Below, piece by piece: positions 31,873 through 41,666 of a DNA stretch of 55,838 nt. Every line of letters starts with the position of its first letter. The first letter of the stretch is position 1. The DNA comes from a virus. Taxonomy: Duplodnaviria > Caudoviricetes. A model generated the notes under the pieces. The model worked only from the letters and a program-made list of their open reading frames with translations, had not been told where the DNA came from and did no database searches. The stretch spans positions 1 to 55,838 of IMG/VR virus record IMGVR_UViG_3300046808_000835. One strand, written 5' to 3'. Made by a program: the position numbers and the translations under genes.

Positions 31873-32367
31873 ATGCTGCCCCAAACCAATCCCGCCGAGG
31901 CACTGCAAATACAGCCAGAACAATTGGAAATAGCCAATTGTTATTTACAATGTGGAAGTGTGGCCGAAACTGCCGACAATCTACAACTGTCACCCGAAAC
32001 CGTAGCAAACACACTCCAGCTGCCACATGTCAGAGCGTACACAGCTCAGCTATTCATGGAAACTGGCTTTGCAAATCGTCACACTATCCGTCGCGCCATG
32101 GACGCTGTCATACGCCAAAAACTGCAAGAACTGCATGAGTCAGAAACTGGATCCAACAAAGACATTGCCGACCTACTGTTACTATCACATAAAATGTCTA
32201 TGGATATTTTAGATCGCGAACTGCAACTGGCCAAACTGCAGCAGCAGGTAACTGAGAGTCAGGTCAAAACACAAACCAACATACAAATTAACGGTGGTTT
32301 AACAGACAACACACAGTATGCTAAACTAATTCAACAGTTACTGGAACGAGATGCTGGAGATAAGTAA
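31873..32367 (+). CDS. terS: Terminase small subunit (T5-like)
   Basis: PE.LEIAN.YL..G...F..TG..NR...I..KL.E..E...GS.KDI.DLL; directly upstream of TerL. Confidence 0.8.
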   Translation: MLPQTNPAEALQIQPEQLEIANCYLQCGSVAETADNLQLSPETVANTLQLPHVRAYTAQLFMETGFANRHTIRRAMDAVIRQKLQELHESETGSNKDIADLLLLSHKMSMDILDRELQLAKLQQQVTESQVKTQTNIQINGGLTDNTQYAKLIQQLLERDAGDK

Positions 32368-33640
32368 ACCTGATATACATGGCGACTACTTAATAAACTA
32401 TTCAGCATCTAGTCGTTTTTTAAAGCTGCCAGTACAACCTTACCTAGAACTGCTCGGTATCTACGACTCGCTCAATCGCCCACAGTGTGCACTAATCAAT
32501 GCAATTAACAGTCCACAGTATCGTTTTGTGGTAGCTGCACTAGCCAGACGATTAGGCAAAACTTATATAGCCAATGTGTGTGGTCAACTGGTCAACTTAA
32601 TGCCTGGGTCGAATGTATTGATCATGAGCCCTAACTTTAGTTTAAGCTCTATTAGTTTTGAACTGCAACGACGACTAATCAATCACTTTGACCTAGAAGT
32701 TGCACGTGACAACTTAAAAGACCGATTAATTGAACTTTCAAATGGTTCAACTATTCGTATGGGTTCGATTTCAACTGTTGATAGTTGCGTTGGCCGATCG
32801 TATGATTTAATTATATTTGATGAAGCCGCACTTAGTTCGGCTGGCGAAGCTGCTTTTAATGTAGCATTACGACCCACACTAGACAAGCCCAACTCAAAGT
32901 GTGTGTTTATTTCAACTCCTCGTGGCCGATTAAACTGGTTTTCACAGTTTTATGATCGTGGTTGGAGTAGTCAGTTTCCTGAGTGGATCTCACTACGTGC
33001 AGACTATTCAGAAAATGCTAGAATGAGCGTTAGTGATGTTGAAGAAGCCAAACGTACCTTAAGTTCGGCTGAGTTTGAACAAGAGTATCGTGCCAGTTTT
33101 ACAGTATTTCAAGGGCAAATATATTCGTTTGATCGTGAGCGTTCTGTTTCGGAACCACCACCCGACCTACGCGGTGAGTTTATAGCTGGCTGCGACCCTG
33201 GCTATCGTGATGCTACCGCTTATGTGGTGGTGTGTTATGAACCCAGTACAGATTGTTTTTGGGTAGTAGATGAATATGTTGAAAGTGGGGTGCCTACATC
33301 ACAACATGCTAGTCATTTTCAAACACTTAATTCGCGCTGGGGTGTAGAAACTGTGTTTATTGATTCTGCAGCAGCACAATTTGCAGCTGACTTAGCTTAT
33401 CAGTACAACCTAGCAACTACTCGTGCTCGCAAAGATGTACTACCAGGTATCGCCTACGTGCAAAACTTAATTGAAAATAACCGACTTCGTGTTGCACCCA
33501 ACTGTACTCATACACTAGCCATGTTAGACCAATATCGTTGGGATACCGGCACTGCTCTACAGCGTGAAAGACCTGTACATGATTCTCACTCGCACATTGC
33601 TGACGCACTGCGTTACTGTTTGTATAGTTATACAGTCTAG
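32351..33640 (+). CDS. terL: Terminase large subunit
   Basis: Walker A ARRLGKT, Walker B LIIFDEAA, ISTPRG, nuclease GCDPG...DSA...HIADALRY. Confidence 0.95.
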   Translation: MLEISKPDIHGDYLINYSASSRFLKLPVQPYLELLGIYDSLNRPQCALINAINSPQYRFVVAALARRLGKTYIANVCGQLVNLMPGSNVLIMSPNFSLSSISFELQRRLINHFDLEVARDNLKDRLIELSNGSTIRMGSISTVDSCVGRSYDLIIFDEAALSSAGEAAFNVALRPTLDKPNSKCVFISTPRGRLNWFSQFYDRGWSSQFPEWISLRADYSENARMSVSDVEEAKRTLSSAEFEQEYRASFTVFQGQIYSFDRERSVSEPPPDLRGEFIAGCDPGYRDATAYVVVCYEPSTDCFWVVDEYVESGVPTSQHASHFQTLNSRWGVETVFIDSAAAQFAADLAYQYNLATTRARKDVLPGIAYVQNLIENNRLRVAPNCTHTLAMLDQYRWDTGTALQRERPVHDSHSHIADALRYCLYSYTV

Positions 33641-33715
33641 GTAGCTAAAATTTTGTGTTGCGTGTTTGTTGCTGACCTGATATAATAGCTCTAGAATTGT
33701 GAAAAATCATGCAAT

Positions 33716-34141
33716 ATGGCAATTAATACTAATAAACGGATCCCTGTAAAATGGGTCCGTGACAAAGCAAAACGGGCTTACGAAAAGCAAGCGCATTGTT
33801 ATGTGTGCGGTACCGCTAGCAATTTAGAGCTACATCACCTGCATTCTGTTACTTATTTACTAGATACCTGGGCTGCTGCTCATGGTTATGATATAAGTAC
33901 TGATTCGGGGATCTTAGCTGTAAGAGATGAATTTATTCAAGAACATCATGCCGAGCTATATGAGCAGGTTTATACCTTATGTAACCCTCATCATGTAGCA
34001 CTACATCAAGTTTACGGTAAAAGTCCAGCTCCTAGTTCAGTGCCAAAGCAAGCTCGTTGGATTGAGCGTCAGCGTGATAAACATAACGGTGTTGCAGCGG
34101 AAAAAAAGCCTGGTATTTCATTTTTTGGTGATTTACTATAA
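33716..34141 (+). CDS. HNH nicking endonuclease (T5 Sci-like)
   Basis: VKWVRDKAK..Y.K...C.VCG....LELHH...TLC..HH..LH.VYG; between terL and portal as in T5; own TTGCGT-17-TATAAT promoter. Confidence 0.8.
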   Translation: MAINTNKRIPVKWVRDKAKRAYEKQAHCYVCGTASNLELHHLHSVTYLLDTWAAAHGYDISTDSGILAVRDEFIQEHHAELYEQVYTLCNPHHVALHQVYGKSPAPSSVPKQARWIERQRDKHNGVAAEKKPGISFFGDLL

Positions 34142-34153
34142 GGCAAAAACACC

Positions 34154-35332
34154 ATGAGCATTGTAAAAAATATTGGCAGCTGGATGCGTGAAAAACTTAA
34201 TCCAGCCCAGAGTCGTATTTATGTTGATACTGGCACAGATGTTTCAACATCAGCAAATTTAAACTATCAAAAAAGCTTTGACACACTAGATTCGGTCAAT
34301 CGCGGAGTTAACTTAATTGTTAGTGCTTGCAGCGGTTTAGATTATGATATTCGTGACAGTGTGTCAGAACCAGTTTATGCTGGTATGCGTAAAAAGCAAC
34401 TAAACACATTACTAAACTTTAGACCTAACCCTTATCAGAGTGCACAAGATTTTCGTCAGAACCTTTTTACTGACTTTTTGTTAGAAGGCAACTGCTTTGT
34501 GTACTTTGATGGTGCACACCTTTATCATTTACCAGCACAGCAAGTAGATATCTTACCAGATGACCGCACATTTATTCGTGGTTACAAGTATGGATCTGAT
34601 GTAGACTTTAAGCCGTCAGAAGTATTTAGTTTTCGCGACTTAAGCAGTGATTCTATTTATCGTGGCGATAGCCGACTGCAAAGTGTTATTTCAAGCGTTC
34701 GCACACTACAATCAATGGGCGAACTGCAACAAAACTTCTTTGATAATGGTGCTGTGTTTGGCACTGTGTTGACCACAGACAATACACTATCGCAGGCTGC
34801 AAAAGATCGTACAATTGAGGGTTGGCTGCAAAAGTACAACCCACGCAAAGGTTTACGCAAGCCAGTTATCTTAGACAGTGGCTTAAAGCCTTTTCAACTT
34901 ACACAAGCCAGTTTCCGCGACATGGACTTTGATGCTGCTATCCGCACACATTCAGAGCGTGTATTAACTGCACTAGGTGTACCACCTATTTTATTAGCAG
35001 GCGGAAATAACGCAAATATTTCGCCTAACTTACGGCTTTTTTACTTAGAAACTGTGTTACCAATCGTTCGTCGCTATACCAGTGCGATTGAGCGGTTTTT
35101 TGGCTATGACGTAGAAGCGGTCACTGCTAGTGTGAGTGCACTACAACCCGAACTAAAAGACATAGCTGCTTATCATGCTACCCTAGTTAATGGTGGCATT
35201 ATTAGTCCTAACGAAGCTCGCGTTGAGCTGCGTTATCCACCCAAAACAGGGCATGACGACTTACGGATTCCTGCTAATATTGCTGGAAGTGCTAGCAATC
35301 CTAGCGTAGGCGGACGCCCAGAACAAGAGTGA
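34154..35332 (+). CDS. Portal protein
   Basis: LLN.RPNPYQ, FF.NGA, LGVPP.LL.GGNNANI.PN, I.PNEAR, IPANIAGSA. Confidence 0.95.
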   Translation: MSIVKNIGSWMREKLNPAQSRIYVDTGTDVSTSANLNYQKSFDTLDSVNRGVNLIVSACSGLDYDIRDSVSEPVYAGMRKKQLNTLLNFRPNPYQSAQDFRQNLFTDFLLEGNCFVYFDGAHLYHLPAQQVDILPDDRTFIRGYKYGSDVDFKPSEVFSFRDLSSDSIYRGDSRLQSVISSVRTLQSMGELQQNFFDNGAVFGTVLTTDNTLSQAAKDRTIEGWLQKYNPRKGLRKPVILDSGLKPFQLTQASFRDMDFDAAIRTHSERVLTALGVPPILLAGGNNANISPNLRLFYLETVLPIVRRYTSAIERFFGYDVEAVTASVSALQPELKDIAAYHATLVNGGIISPNEARVELRYPPKTGHDDLRIPANIAGSASNPSVGGRPEQE

Positions 35333-35338
35333 GGTTGT

Positions 35339-37285
35339 ATGGTAGACCGCAATCAAATGCTGTATTTAAACAGCACAGTTACCAAAGCCGAGCCCTCTAA
35401 TCCTGATGATGACAGTTTAGTTATTAGTGGTTACGCAAGTACCGTAGATGCAGACCGTCATGGTGATGTGGTAAGTAGTGCTGCTTGGCAGCGTGGTTTG
35501 AATAACTACTTGAAAAATCCTATTATTCTAGCATTTCATAATCATTCAATGCCTATCGGTCGTATGGTAGAGCATAGAATTGATGAGCGTGGTTTGTGGA
35601 TTAAAGCTCGTATTTCTAAAGCCGCTTCCGCAGTTTATGAATTGGTAAAAGACGGCATTTTAAGCGCATTCAGTATCGGATTCAGAGTTGTTGATGCTGA
35701 GTATAATCAATTAACAGAACTATTTGTTGTAAAAGAACTGGAACTGCATGAAATTAGCGTTGTAAGCGTCCCAGCAAATCAAGAAACACTATTTAGTTTA
35801 GCAAAAGCGTTTGACACTCACTCCGAGTACAAACAGTTTAAGTTGCAATTTGCACCCGAAAGCGAATCAGCTAAAGGGCTAGAATCCTCAGTGGAAGCAA
35901 ATAGCATATCAATTAGTAAGGAATGGAATATGACTCCAGAAGAAATGAAACAAGCAATGGTTGATGCTGCTCGCCAAGCCGCCGAGGAAGCTGCTAAGGC
36001 AGTTGTAGCCGAGCAACAGAAAGCCGCCCAAGCCCTGGCTGCCCAACAGCAAGCCGAGCGTGACTTAGAAGCCAAGATCAAAGCTGCCGTTAGCGCAACT
36101 GTTGAGACTGGTGTTAGCGGTGCAGAGAAGCTGCTTGCTGAAGTTGAGAAGCGTTTTGCTGAACAAGCTGAGCAAAGCAAGAGCGCAATCGCTGGTTTAG
36201 AAGCTGCTCTCAAAGAGAAAGCTGCTGAACTCGAAGCAATTCAGAAGAGCAAGATGCAGTTTAGCGACAAGAGCGGTGACACCGTTTCTTATTCCGACAA
36301 AGAGAAAGCTGTTCTGTTAGCTCGCATGAGCAAGAAAAGCATTCTTGAGACCAAAGTTGGTCGTGAGCTTGTACAAAAGTACGGTGCACACGTTCCTTCA
36401 GCCACTTGGGAACTCGAAGTTTCTACTAACCTAGAAAACGAAGTTCGTCAGCGTTTAGTTGTAGCACCTACAATGCGTGCTATCACAATGCAAACCAATG
36501 TAATGACAATTCCTGTTAATCCAGAGTCTGGTGTTGCAACCTGGGTTCAGAATGCTAACTTTGGTGCAGCTGCTAGTGCTGGTAACAATGCTACACACGC
36601 ACTTAAAGAAATCACTCTTAATGCATACAAAGTTGCTACCAATGAGTACGTAGCCTTCGAAGAAGAAGAAGACGCTCTGTTAGCAATTATGCCTGTTATC
36701 CGTGATGGCATGATCCGTCGTGTTGCTCGCGCTGTAGATCGCGCTTTCTTACGCGGTGCCGGTGCTGGTGCTGATCCTGTTAAAGGTATCGGTACATACG
36801 ACGCAGCCAGTGCTGTAAACCTCGATATCGACGGTGCTACACTTGCTGCTGGCAGCTATGCCAAAACCACAGTTGCTACCCTGCGCGATATGCGTAAAGA
36901 TCTAGGCGTATGGGGTCTTGATCCTAGCGAGCTAGTTTACATTGTTTCTACCGATGTATATTACGAGTTGCTCGAAGACACCAACTTCTTAACAGTTGAC
37001 AAAGTTGGTGATCGTGCCACAATCTTAACCGGTCAAATCGGCTCTGTTGCTAATACACCAGTATTAGTAAGCGGCGAGTTTGATGCTAAGGGTGCTGGTG
37101 CCATGGCTGCTGTTTGCTTTGCACCTGCTAACTTCTTGGTTGGCAATCAGCGCGGTCTCCGTGTTGACACCGATGACTTGATCGAGACACAGCGTCGCGT
37201 AATGGTTGCAAGCCTGCGCACTGGTCTTACACAAGTTACCACAAACTACGGTCAGGGCGTAAGCACCTTACGTTACGTAGCTTAA
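35339..37285 (+). CDS. Fused HK97 prohead protease / major capsid protein
   Basis: ISGYAS...DRHGD...ILAFHNH..PIG...FSIGF...EISVVSVPANQ, then coiled-coil delta domain and HK97 fold; in-frame ATG at 35930 with AAGGA RBS. Confidence 0.92.
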   Translation: MVDRNQMLYLNSTVTKAEPSNPDDDSLVISGYASTVDADRHGDVVSSAAWQRGLNNYLKNPIILAFHNHSMPIGRMVEHRIDERGLWIKARISKAASAVYELVKDGILSAFSIGFRVVDAEYNQLTELFVVKELELHEISVVSVPANQETLFSLAKAFDTHSEYKQFKLQFAPESESAKGLESSVEANSISISKEWNMTPEEMKQAMVDAARQAAEEAAKAVVAEQQKAAQALAAQQQAERDLEAKIKAAVSATVETGVSGAEKLLAEVEKRFAEQAEQSKSAIAGLEAALKEKAAELEAIQKSKMQFSDKSGDTVSYSDKEKAVLLARMSKKSILETKVGRELVQKYGAHVPSATWELEVSTNLENEVRQRLVVAPTMRAITMQTNVMTIPVNPESGVATWVQNANFGAAASAGNNATHALKEITLNAYKVATNEYVAFEEEEDALLAIMPVIRDGMIRRVARAVDRAFLRGAGAGADPVKGIGTYDAASAVNLDIDGATLAAGSYAKTTVATLRDMRKDLGVWGLDPSELVYIVSTDVYYELLEDTNFLTVDKVGDRATILTGQIGSVANTPVLVSGEFDAKGAGAMAAVCFAPANFLVGNQRGLRVDTDDLIETQRRVMVASLRTGLTQVTTNYGQGVSTLRYVA

Positions 37286-37308
37286 TATTCTCAGGGATGG
37301 GAAGGGGG

Positions 37309-37334
37309 GATGGGGCCTTCGGGCCCCGTCTTTT
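37309..37334 (+). terminator. Terminator after the capsid gene
   Basis: GATGGGGCC-TTCG-GGCCCCGTC then TTTT. Confidence 0.8.
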
Positions 37335-37384
37335 AAAGCAGATTGATAAGTATGCTTTAAAAGACGGTTTTGCTAGGAGTGGAC

Positions 37385-37951
37385 ATGGCTTTTGAATTAA
37401 TTACTAAGGCTGAGTACAAAGCCTACGCAGGAATAAACAGTACTAATAGCGATACAGAGATTGATGCACTGTTATCACCAGTTAGTGAACTAGTAAAAAA
37501 CTACTGTGGTCGCAGATTTTTAGATTACTTTGATGAATCTAAAACCGAAACGTTTAATGGCGACGTTGAATACTTTAGGCTATCGGAATCACCTATCGTT
37601 CGTGTATTAGGTGTTGAGTATAGTTCAGATTATGGCCAAAATTGGACAAGTTTAGTAGAATACTTAGACTGGGTACTGGACGGTGACAAGGTTTATAGTT
37701 TAAGTAGTACAGGCTGGCTCAAACAACTTCGTGGTTATCGTGTTGTATATACAGCTGGCTACGAAACAGTGCCAGCTGACTTAAAATTAGCCACAATGGA
37801 CCTGTTAACTTACTATCGTCAAAACGATTCGGCTATTCACTCTACCAAAGCACCTGGCACTAATTCAGTACAAATTGAGTATGTTAGCGGAGCCAACTTA
37901 CCAGCACATATTAAACGTGTACTAGATCTTTATGTGGTAGGTTATGCATGA
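37385..37951 (+). CDS. Head completion / head-tail connector
   Basis: LITKAEYK.Y...VKNYCGR.F...YTAGY..VP.DLKLA...P.HIKRVLDLY. Confidence 0.85.
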   Translation: MAFELITKAEYKAYAGINSTNSDTEIDALLSPVSELVKNYCGRRFLDYFDESKTETFNGDVEYFRLSESPIVRVLGVEYSSDYGQNWTSLVEYLDWVLDGDKVYSLSSTGWLKQLRGYRVVYTAGYETVPADLKLATMDLLTYYRQNDSAIHSTKAPGTNSVQIEYVSGANLPAHIKRVLDLYVVGYA

Positions 37952-39621
37952 GTATAGATAAAATGTCTGCAAGTATTCGTAATAGAATAACCAGCAGACT
38001 CAAAGAAGTTATAACAAGAGGTACTGGCGAAGCTATAACAGCTAGGAAACTAAAAAGTTTCACAGAGTATACTAGCGGAGATCAAATTCGTAAAGATACT
38101 GATACTGTAGGCGGACGACATGAATCTGTAATGAGTAGGCAAGCCTTTGAAAACTTATTACAAGATATGAAACAAGCTATAGAGACAAAAGAGTTGTCCA
38201 ACGAACTAAGTAGTGCCGTAGAAAAAGCTAGTTTTGATGGATTCGTAAGTTATATTTCAGAAATATATTACAAAGATAAAGAGTTTTTATTAACTGACAA
38301 CAGGCGAGTTAAAAACGGATTTATTTATAGCGGACCGACAAGAAATACTACAGAAAGTGTTGCCGTATTTGCTAAGGTTCAGGGCGAAGAACAAAGCTAT
38401 AAAGATGTATTACTATTAAAAAATATTCCTCAAGGTAAACTAGTTACTTATTACGTAGAATATATAGACAGTAATTTTGGTGGCTTAAGCTCAGAAGCTA
38501 AAAAACAGCTTAAAAAGTCTTTGCAAGCAGGTCACTTAACAGGTGTTTTTACAGCTAGATTGATTCGTGCTTTTGGTTTACGAAAAGATACCTCTGGAAC
38601 AGTAAGTTTTTCAACAGACACAAAAGAACTAACAGATTTAGAGAAACAATTAGGTAGAATAGTTGATTTAGTAACAGATGCTGATTTTCTAAGCAGTAAT
38701 ATAGTTTTAGATTTAGAATTGTTTACAGAAACAGATAAAAGATTATATTCTAATGCTAGCGAAGTACGATTAACTACAGAAGTACAGTTTGCTAAATCTA
38801 ATGAAGCTGCAGGAGACTTACTAAAAACTGCTGGTACTTATTTGAGTAAATTAATTGCTTCCGTTAATCCTAATGTATCGGAGAAGGGGCAAGATCAAGC
38901 AGCTCAGGAAGCATTTAAAAAACTTCTTGAAAGTCTAAAAAAAGTAAATACTTATGTTAAAGACAGAGCAACTCAGCTAAAAGCATTAGAAAAGAGTAAT
39001 AGCCTTGACCCTAAATTGCAACAAAAATTAACAAAAATACTGGAAAACCAAAAAGTTTTTGAAACTCTTATAACTACTGAAGGTTCTCCCAGTGTTGTGC
39101 AGCATATAGCCGCAGTAATAGCTAGTGGTATAAAAGGTAAACAGGCAAATAGTAGCCGTTCTGTAACAAAAACTAAAGAACGAGTAAAAGTACAAGCTGC
39201 ACCAACTAAAACAAAACCTACTAATAAGTCAGTATCTAAGCGCAGTAATTTAACTTTTAAACAAAAGCCTTTAAAACAAGGCATTAAACCAATTTCAAAC
39301 TTAACTAGTTTACAACGATTATTAGACGCTCAATTAGTTCAGCAAGTAAAACAAAATATGGGTACTGGTAGTCGTAGAGATATACTCAACTTGCGTACCG
39401 GCAGATTTGCAGAAAGTGTCAAAGTTGAAAGATTGTCTGAAAGTCGCGAAGGCATGATAACTGCGTTTTATAGTTATATGCGTAATCCGTATGCAACTTT
39501 TAGCGCAGGTGGTCGTCAAGAAACGCCAAAGACCAGAGATCCCAAGTTATTAATCTCAAAGTCAATTCGTGAAGTTGCAGCACAACTAGTAACTAACCGT
39601 TTAAGATCGGTAAATGTATGA
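37948..39621 (+). CDS. Tail completion protein (T5 p143-like C-terminus) with long N-terminal extension
   Basis: L..RTGRFA.SV...Y.YM..PY.TF...RDP..LI.KSIRE; synteny. Confidence 0.7.
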   Translation: MSIDKMSASIRNRITSRLKEVITRGTGEAITARKLKSFTEYTSGDQIRKDTDTVGGRHESVMSRQAFENLLQDMKQAIETKELSNELSSAVEKASFDGFVSYISEIYYKDKEFLLTDNRRVKNGFIYSGPTRNTTESVAVFAKVQGEEQSYKDVLLLKNIPQGKLVTYYVEYIDSNFGGLSSEAKKQLKKSLQAGHLTGVFTARLIRAFGLRKDTSGTVSFSTDTKELTDLEKQLGRIVDLVTDADFLSSNIVLDLELFTETDKRLYSNASEVRLTTEVQFAKSNEAAGDLLKTAGTYLSKLIASVNPNVSEKGQDQAAQEAFKKLLESLKKVNTYVKDRATQLKALEKSNSLDPKLQQKLTKILENQKVFETLITTEGSPSVVQHIAAVIASGIKGKQANSSRSVTKTKERVKVQAAPTKTKPTNKSVSKRSNLTFKQKPLKQGIKPISNLTSLQRLLDAQLVQQVKQNMGTGSRRDILNLRTGRFAESVKVERLSESREGMITAFYSYMRNPYATFSAGGRQETPKTRDPKLLISKSIREVAAQLVTNRLRSVNV

Positions 39622-40052
39622 GCCGAAGAACCTCAATCGTAAAAGCCTTGGCAGAGCGTTTTAAAACCATAGACGGTACAGCACCTTATCAAACCAATTT
39701 ATTCTCAAATAGCTTTGCCAAGCTAAAATTTTGGGATGAAGTCAACGACTTTCCTGCTGTATTTGTAACACCTGGATCAGAGCAACGAGAATACTTACCC
39801 GGCGACTTTACCTGGGGCTATTTAGGTGTATGTGTTAAAGTGTATGTGCGCAGTGAAGATGAATCGCAAGAACAACTAGAAACACTACTAGAAGATTTAG
39901 AAAAATGTATTGATAGTAACCGAGTGTTAAGTTATTCAGACACTGAAGAAACCACAGAAATATTGGTTACATCAATAACAACTGACGAAGGTTTATTAGC
40001 GCCTTATGCTGTTGGTGAAATAAACTTACAAGTGCGTTATGCACTAACTTAG
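39618..40052 (+). CDS. Tail terminator (T5 p142-like)
   Basis: MS.RTSI..AL...F.DEV.DFP...E.R.YLP..F...ITTDEGLL.PY..GEI. Confidence 0.85.
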   Translation: MSRRTSIVKALAERFKTIDGTAPYQTNLFSNSFAKLKFWDEVNDFPAVFVTPGSEQREYLPGDFTWGYLGVCVKVYVRSEDESQEQLETLLEDLEKCIDSNRVLSYSDTEETTEILVTSITTDEGLLAPYAVGEINLQVRYALT

Positions 40053-40123
40053 TACTACGCTATAAATCTCAGATAAATGTCTTGAGCACATAGTATAGTG
40101 CTAGCCTCAAAAAGGGAAAGAAC

Positions 40124-41599
40124 ATGGCATTAAATTTAGTCCGTAATAGTCGTGTGTTTTTTACAACAAATGTAAATAGCACCACCGGTGTAGTAGCTGA
40201 TGGCAGCCACACAACTGGTACAACATTTGAAATTCAAGTTTTAGATGGTTTTAGTTTTTCACAGAATACTAATTCAGAAGCCATCACAGTTAGCGAAGCA
40301 GGCACAAACCCTGTTCGTGGTCAGCGTAGTTTCAACACCAGCTTAGCACCAGTTGATTTTAGCTTTAGCACTTACATCCGCCCAGAAAAAGTAAGCAATG
40401 AAATTCTTTGCGAAGAAAGCGTACTGTGGAACGCAATGGCAGGTACTGAGGCACAAAATACTGCTTACTCAAAGACCGGTACATTTAGTGATGCTAGTTA
40501 CGCAACAGCTACCAATATCCTAACAATTACTGGCACCACAATGGCAGTAACTGGTTTGTCGGTTGGCGACGATGTATTAATTCAAGGTGTTAACAGTGCA
40601 AATGCTACTACAGCAACACAACTAGCACAAGAAAAAGTTGTAAACGGTCCAGCACGTGTTGTTAGTTTAGGTGGTAGCTCAATCACACTAAAAATGCACA
40701 ATCCTGGCGATGCTGACATTACCAACACAGACCTAGATGTTGCAAACTTAGTGTTTTACAAGAGTGCTTGGGGCACTAACGGTGGTACAGCTGGTCAGCC
40801 AATTGCAAGCGTTTTAGGTTTCCATGGCAGCAACAAAAATCAGTTACAAAAAGTTGGTTTATTAGTAGTTATCGACGGCGTAAGCTATGCTATTGATAAT
40901 GCTGCTATGACCCAGGTAACAATTGACTTTGGTTTAGATGGTATTGCAACAGCACAGTGGACTGGTCAAGCAACTGCTATGCGTCAGTTAACCAATAATA
41001 TTACTACTGCTACAGCAGGTACATTTGGTGGCGGTACAATTAGTGGTAACTATACTCAGAAGCGTACAAGCGCTAACTTTATTACCAATAAATTGAGCAC
41101 TGCAACACTAAAAACTGTTAAAGCTCTTGGTGCTATTGTTGCTGGTACACCTTACTACATTGCTATTACTGGTGGATCTATCACTATTAATAACAATATT
41201 ACTTACATCACACCAGCTATTCTTAGCGTTGTTAACCAGCCTGTTACATACTACACAGGTACACGCAGTGTAAGCGGTAGTTTAAATGCTTATTTAAATA
41301 CTGGTAGCGTAAGTGGCTTTAGCGGTGGTGGTACTGGTAACTTGTTAAAAGACATGTTAGCAGCCGCTTCAAGTGTAACTGAGCCAATGTTTGCAGTTGA
41401 ACTAGCAATTGGTGGTAGTGGCAATGCAGTAAAAGTAGAACTGCAAATGCCTTCGGTATCTATCGGTGTTCCTACCCTTAACACTGAGCAGGTTGTTTCT
41501 ACAACTATCAACTTTACCGCTGCAGCCAGCGATCAAGACGGTAGCGCAGAGTATGACCTTGGATTTACAAACGATTTAACTGTACGTTACTACGCTTAA
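40124..41599 (+). CDS. Major tail tube protein (T5 pb6-like)
   Basis: L.RN.RVF...EI.VLD..SFSQ...SEAG..P.RG...FN..LAP..FSFSTYIRP...DF..DGIA...W.G. Confidence 0.88.
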   Translation: MALNLVRNSRVFFTTNVNSTTGVVADGSHTTGTTFEIQVLDGFSFSQNTNSEAITVSEAGTNPVRGQRSFNTSLAPVDFSFSTYIRPEKVSNEILCEESVLWNAMAGTEAQNTAYSKTGTFSDASYATATNILTITGTTMAVTGLSVGDDVLIQGVNSANATTATQLAQEKVVNGPARVVSLGGSSITLKMHNPGDADITNTDLDVANLVFYKSAWGTNGGTAGQPIASVLGFHGSNKNQLQKVGLLVVIDGVSYAIDNAAMTQVTIDFGLDGIATAQWTGQATAMRQLTNNITTATAGTFGGGTISGNYTQKRTSANFITNKLSTATLKTVKALGAIVAGTPYYIAITGGSITINNNITYITPAILSVVNQPVTYYTGTRSVSGSLNAYLNTGSVSGFSGGGTGNLLKDMLAAASSVTEPMFAVELAIGGSGNAVKVELQMPSVSIGVPTLNTEQVVSTTINFTAAASDQDGSAEYDLGFTNDLTVRYYA

Positions 41600-41666
41600 T
41601 TAGTGTAAACAAAATACAAAGGGGCATATGCCCCTTTGTATCCCAATAACAATATAGGATTTCCAA

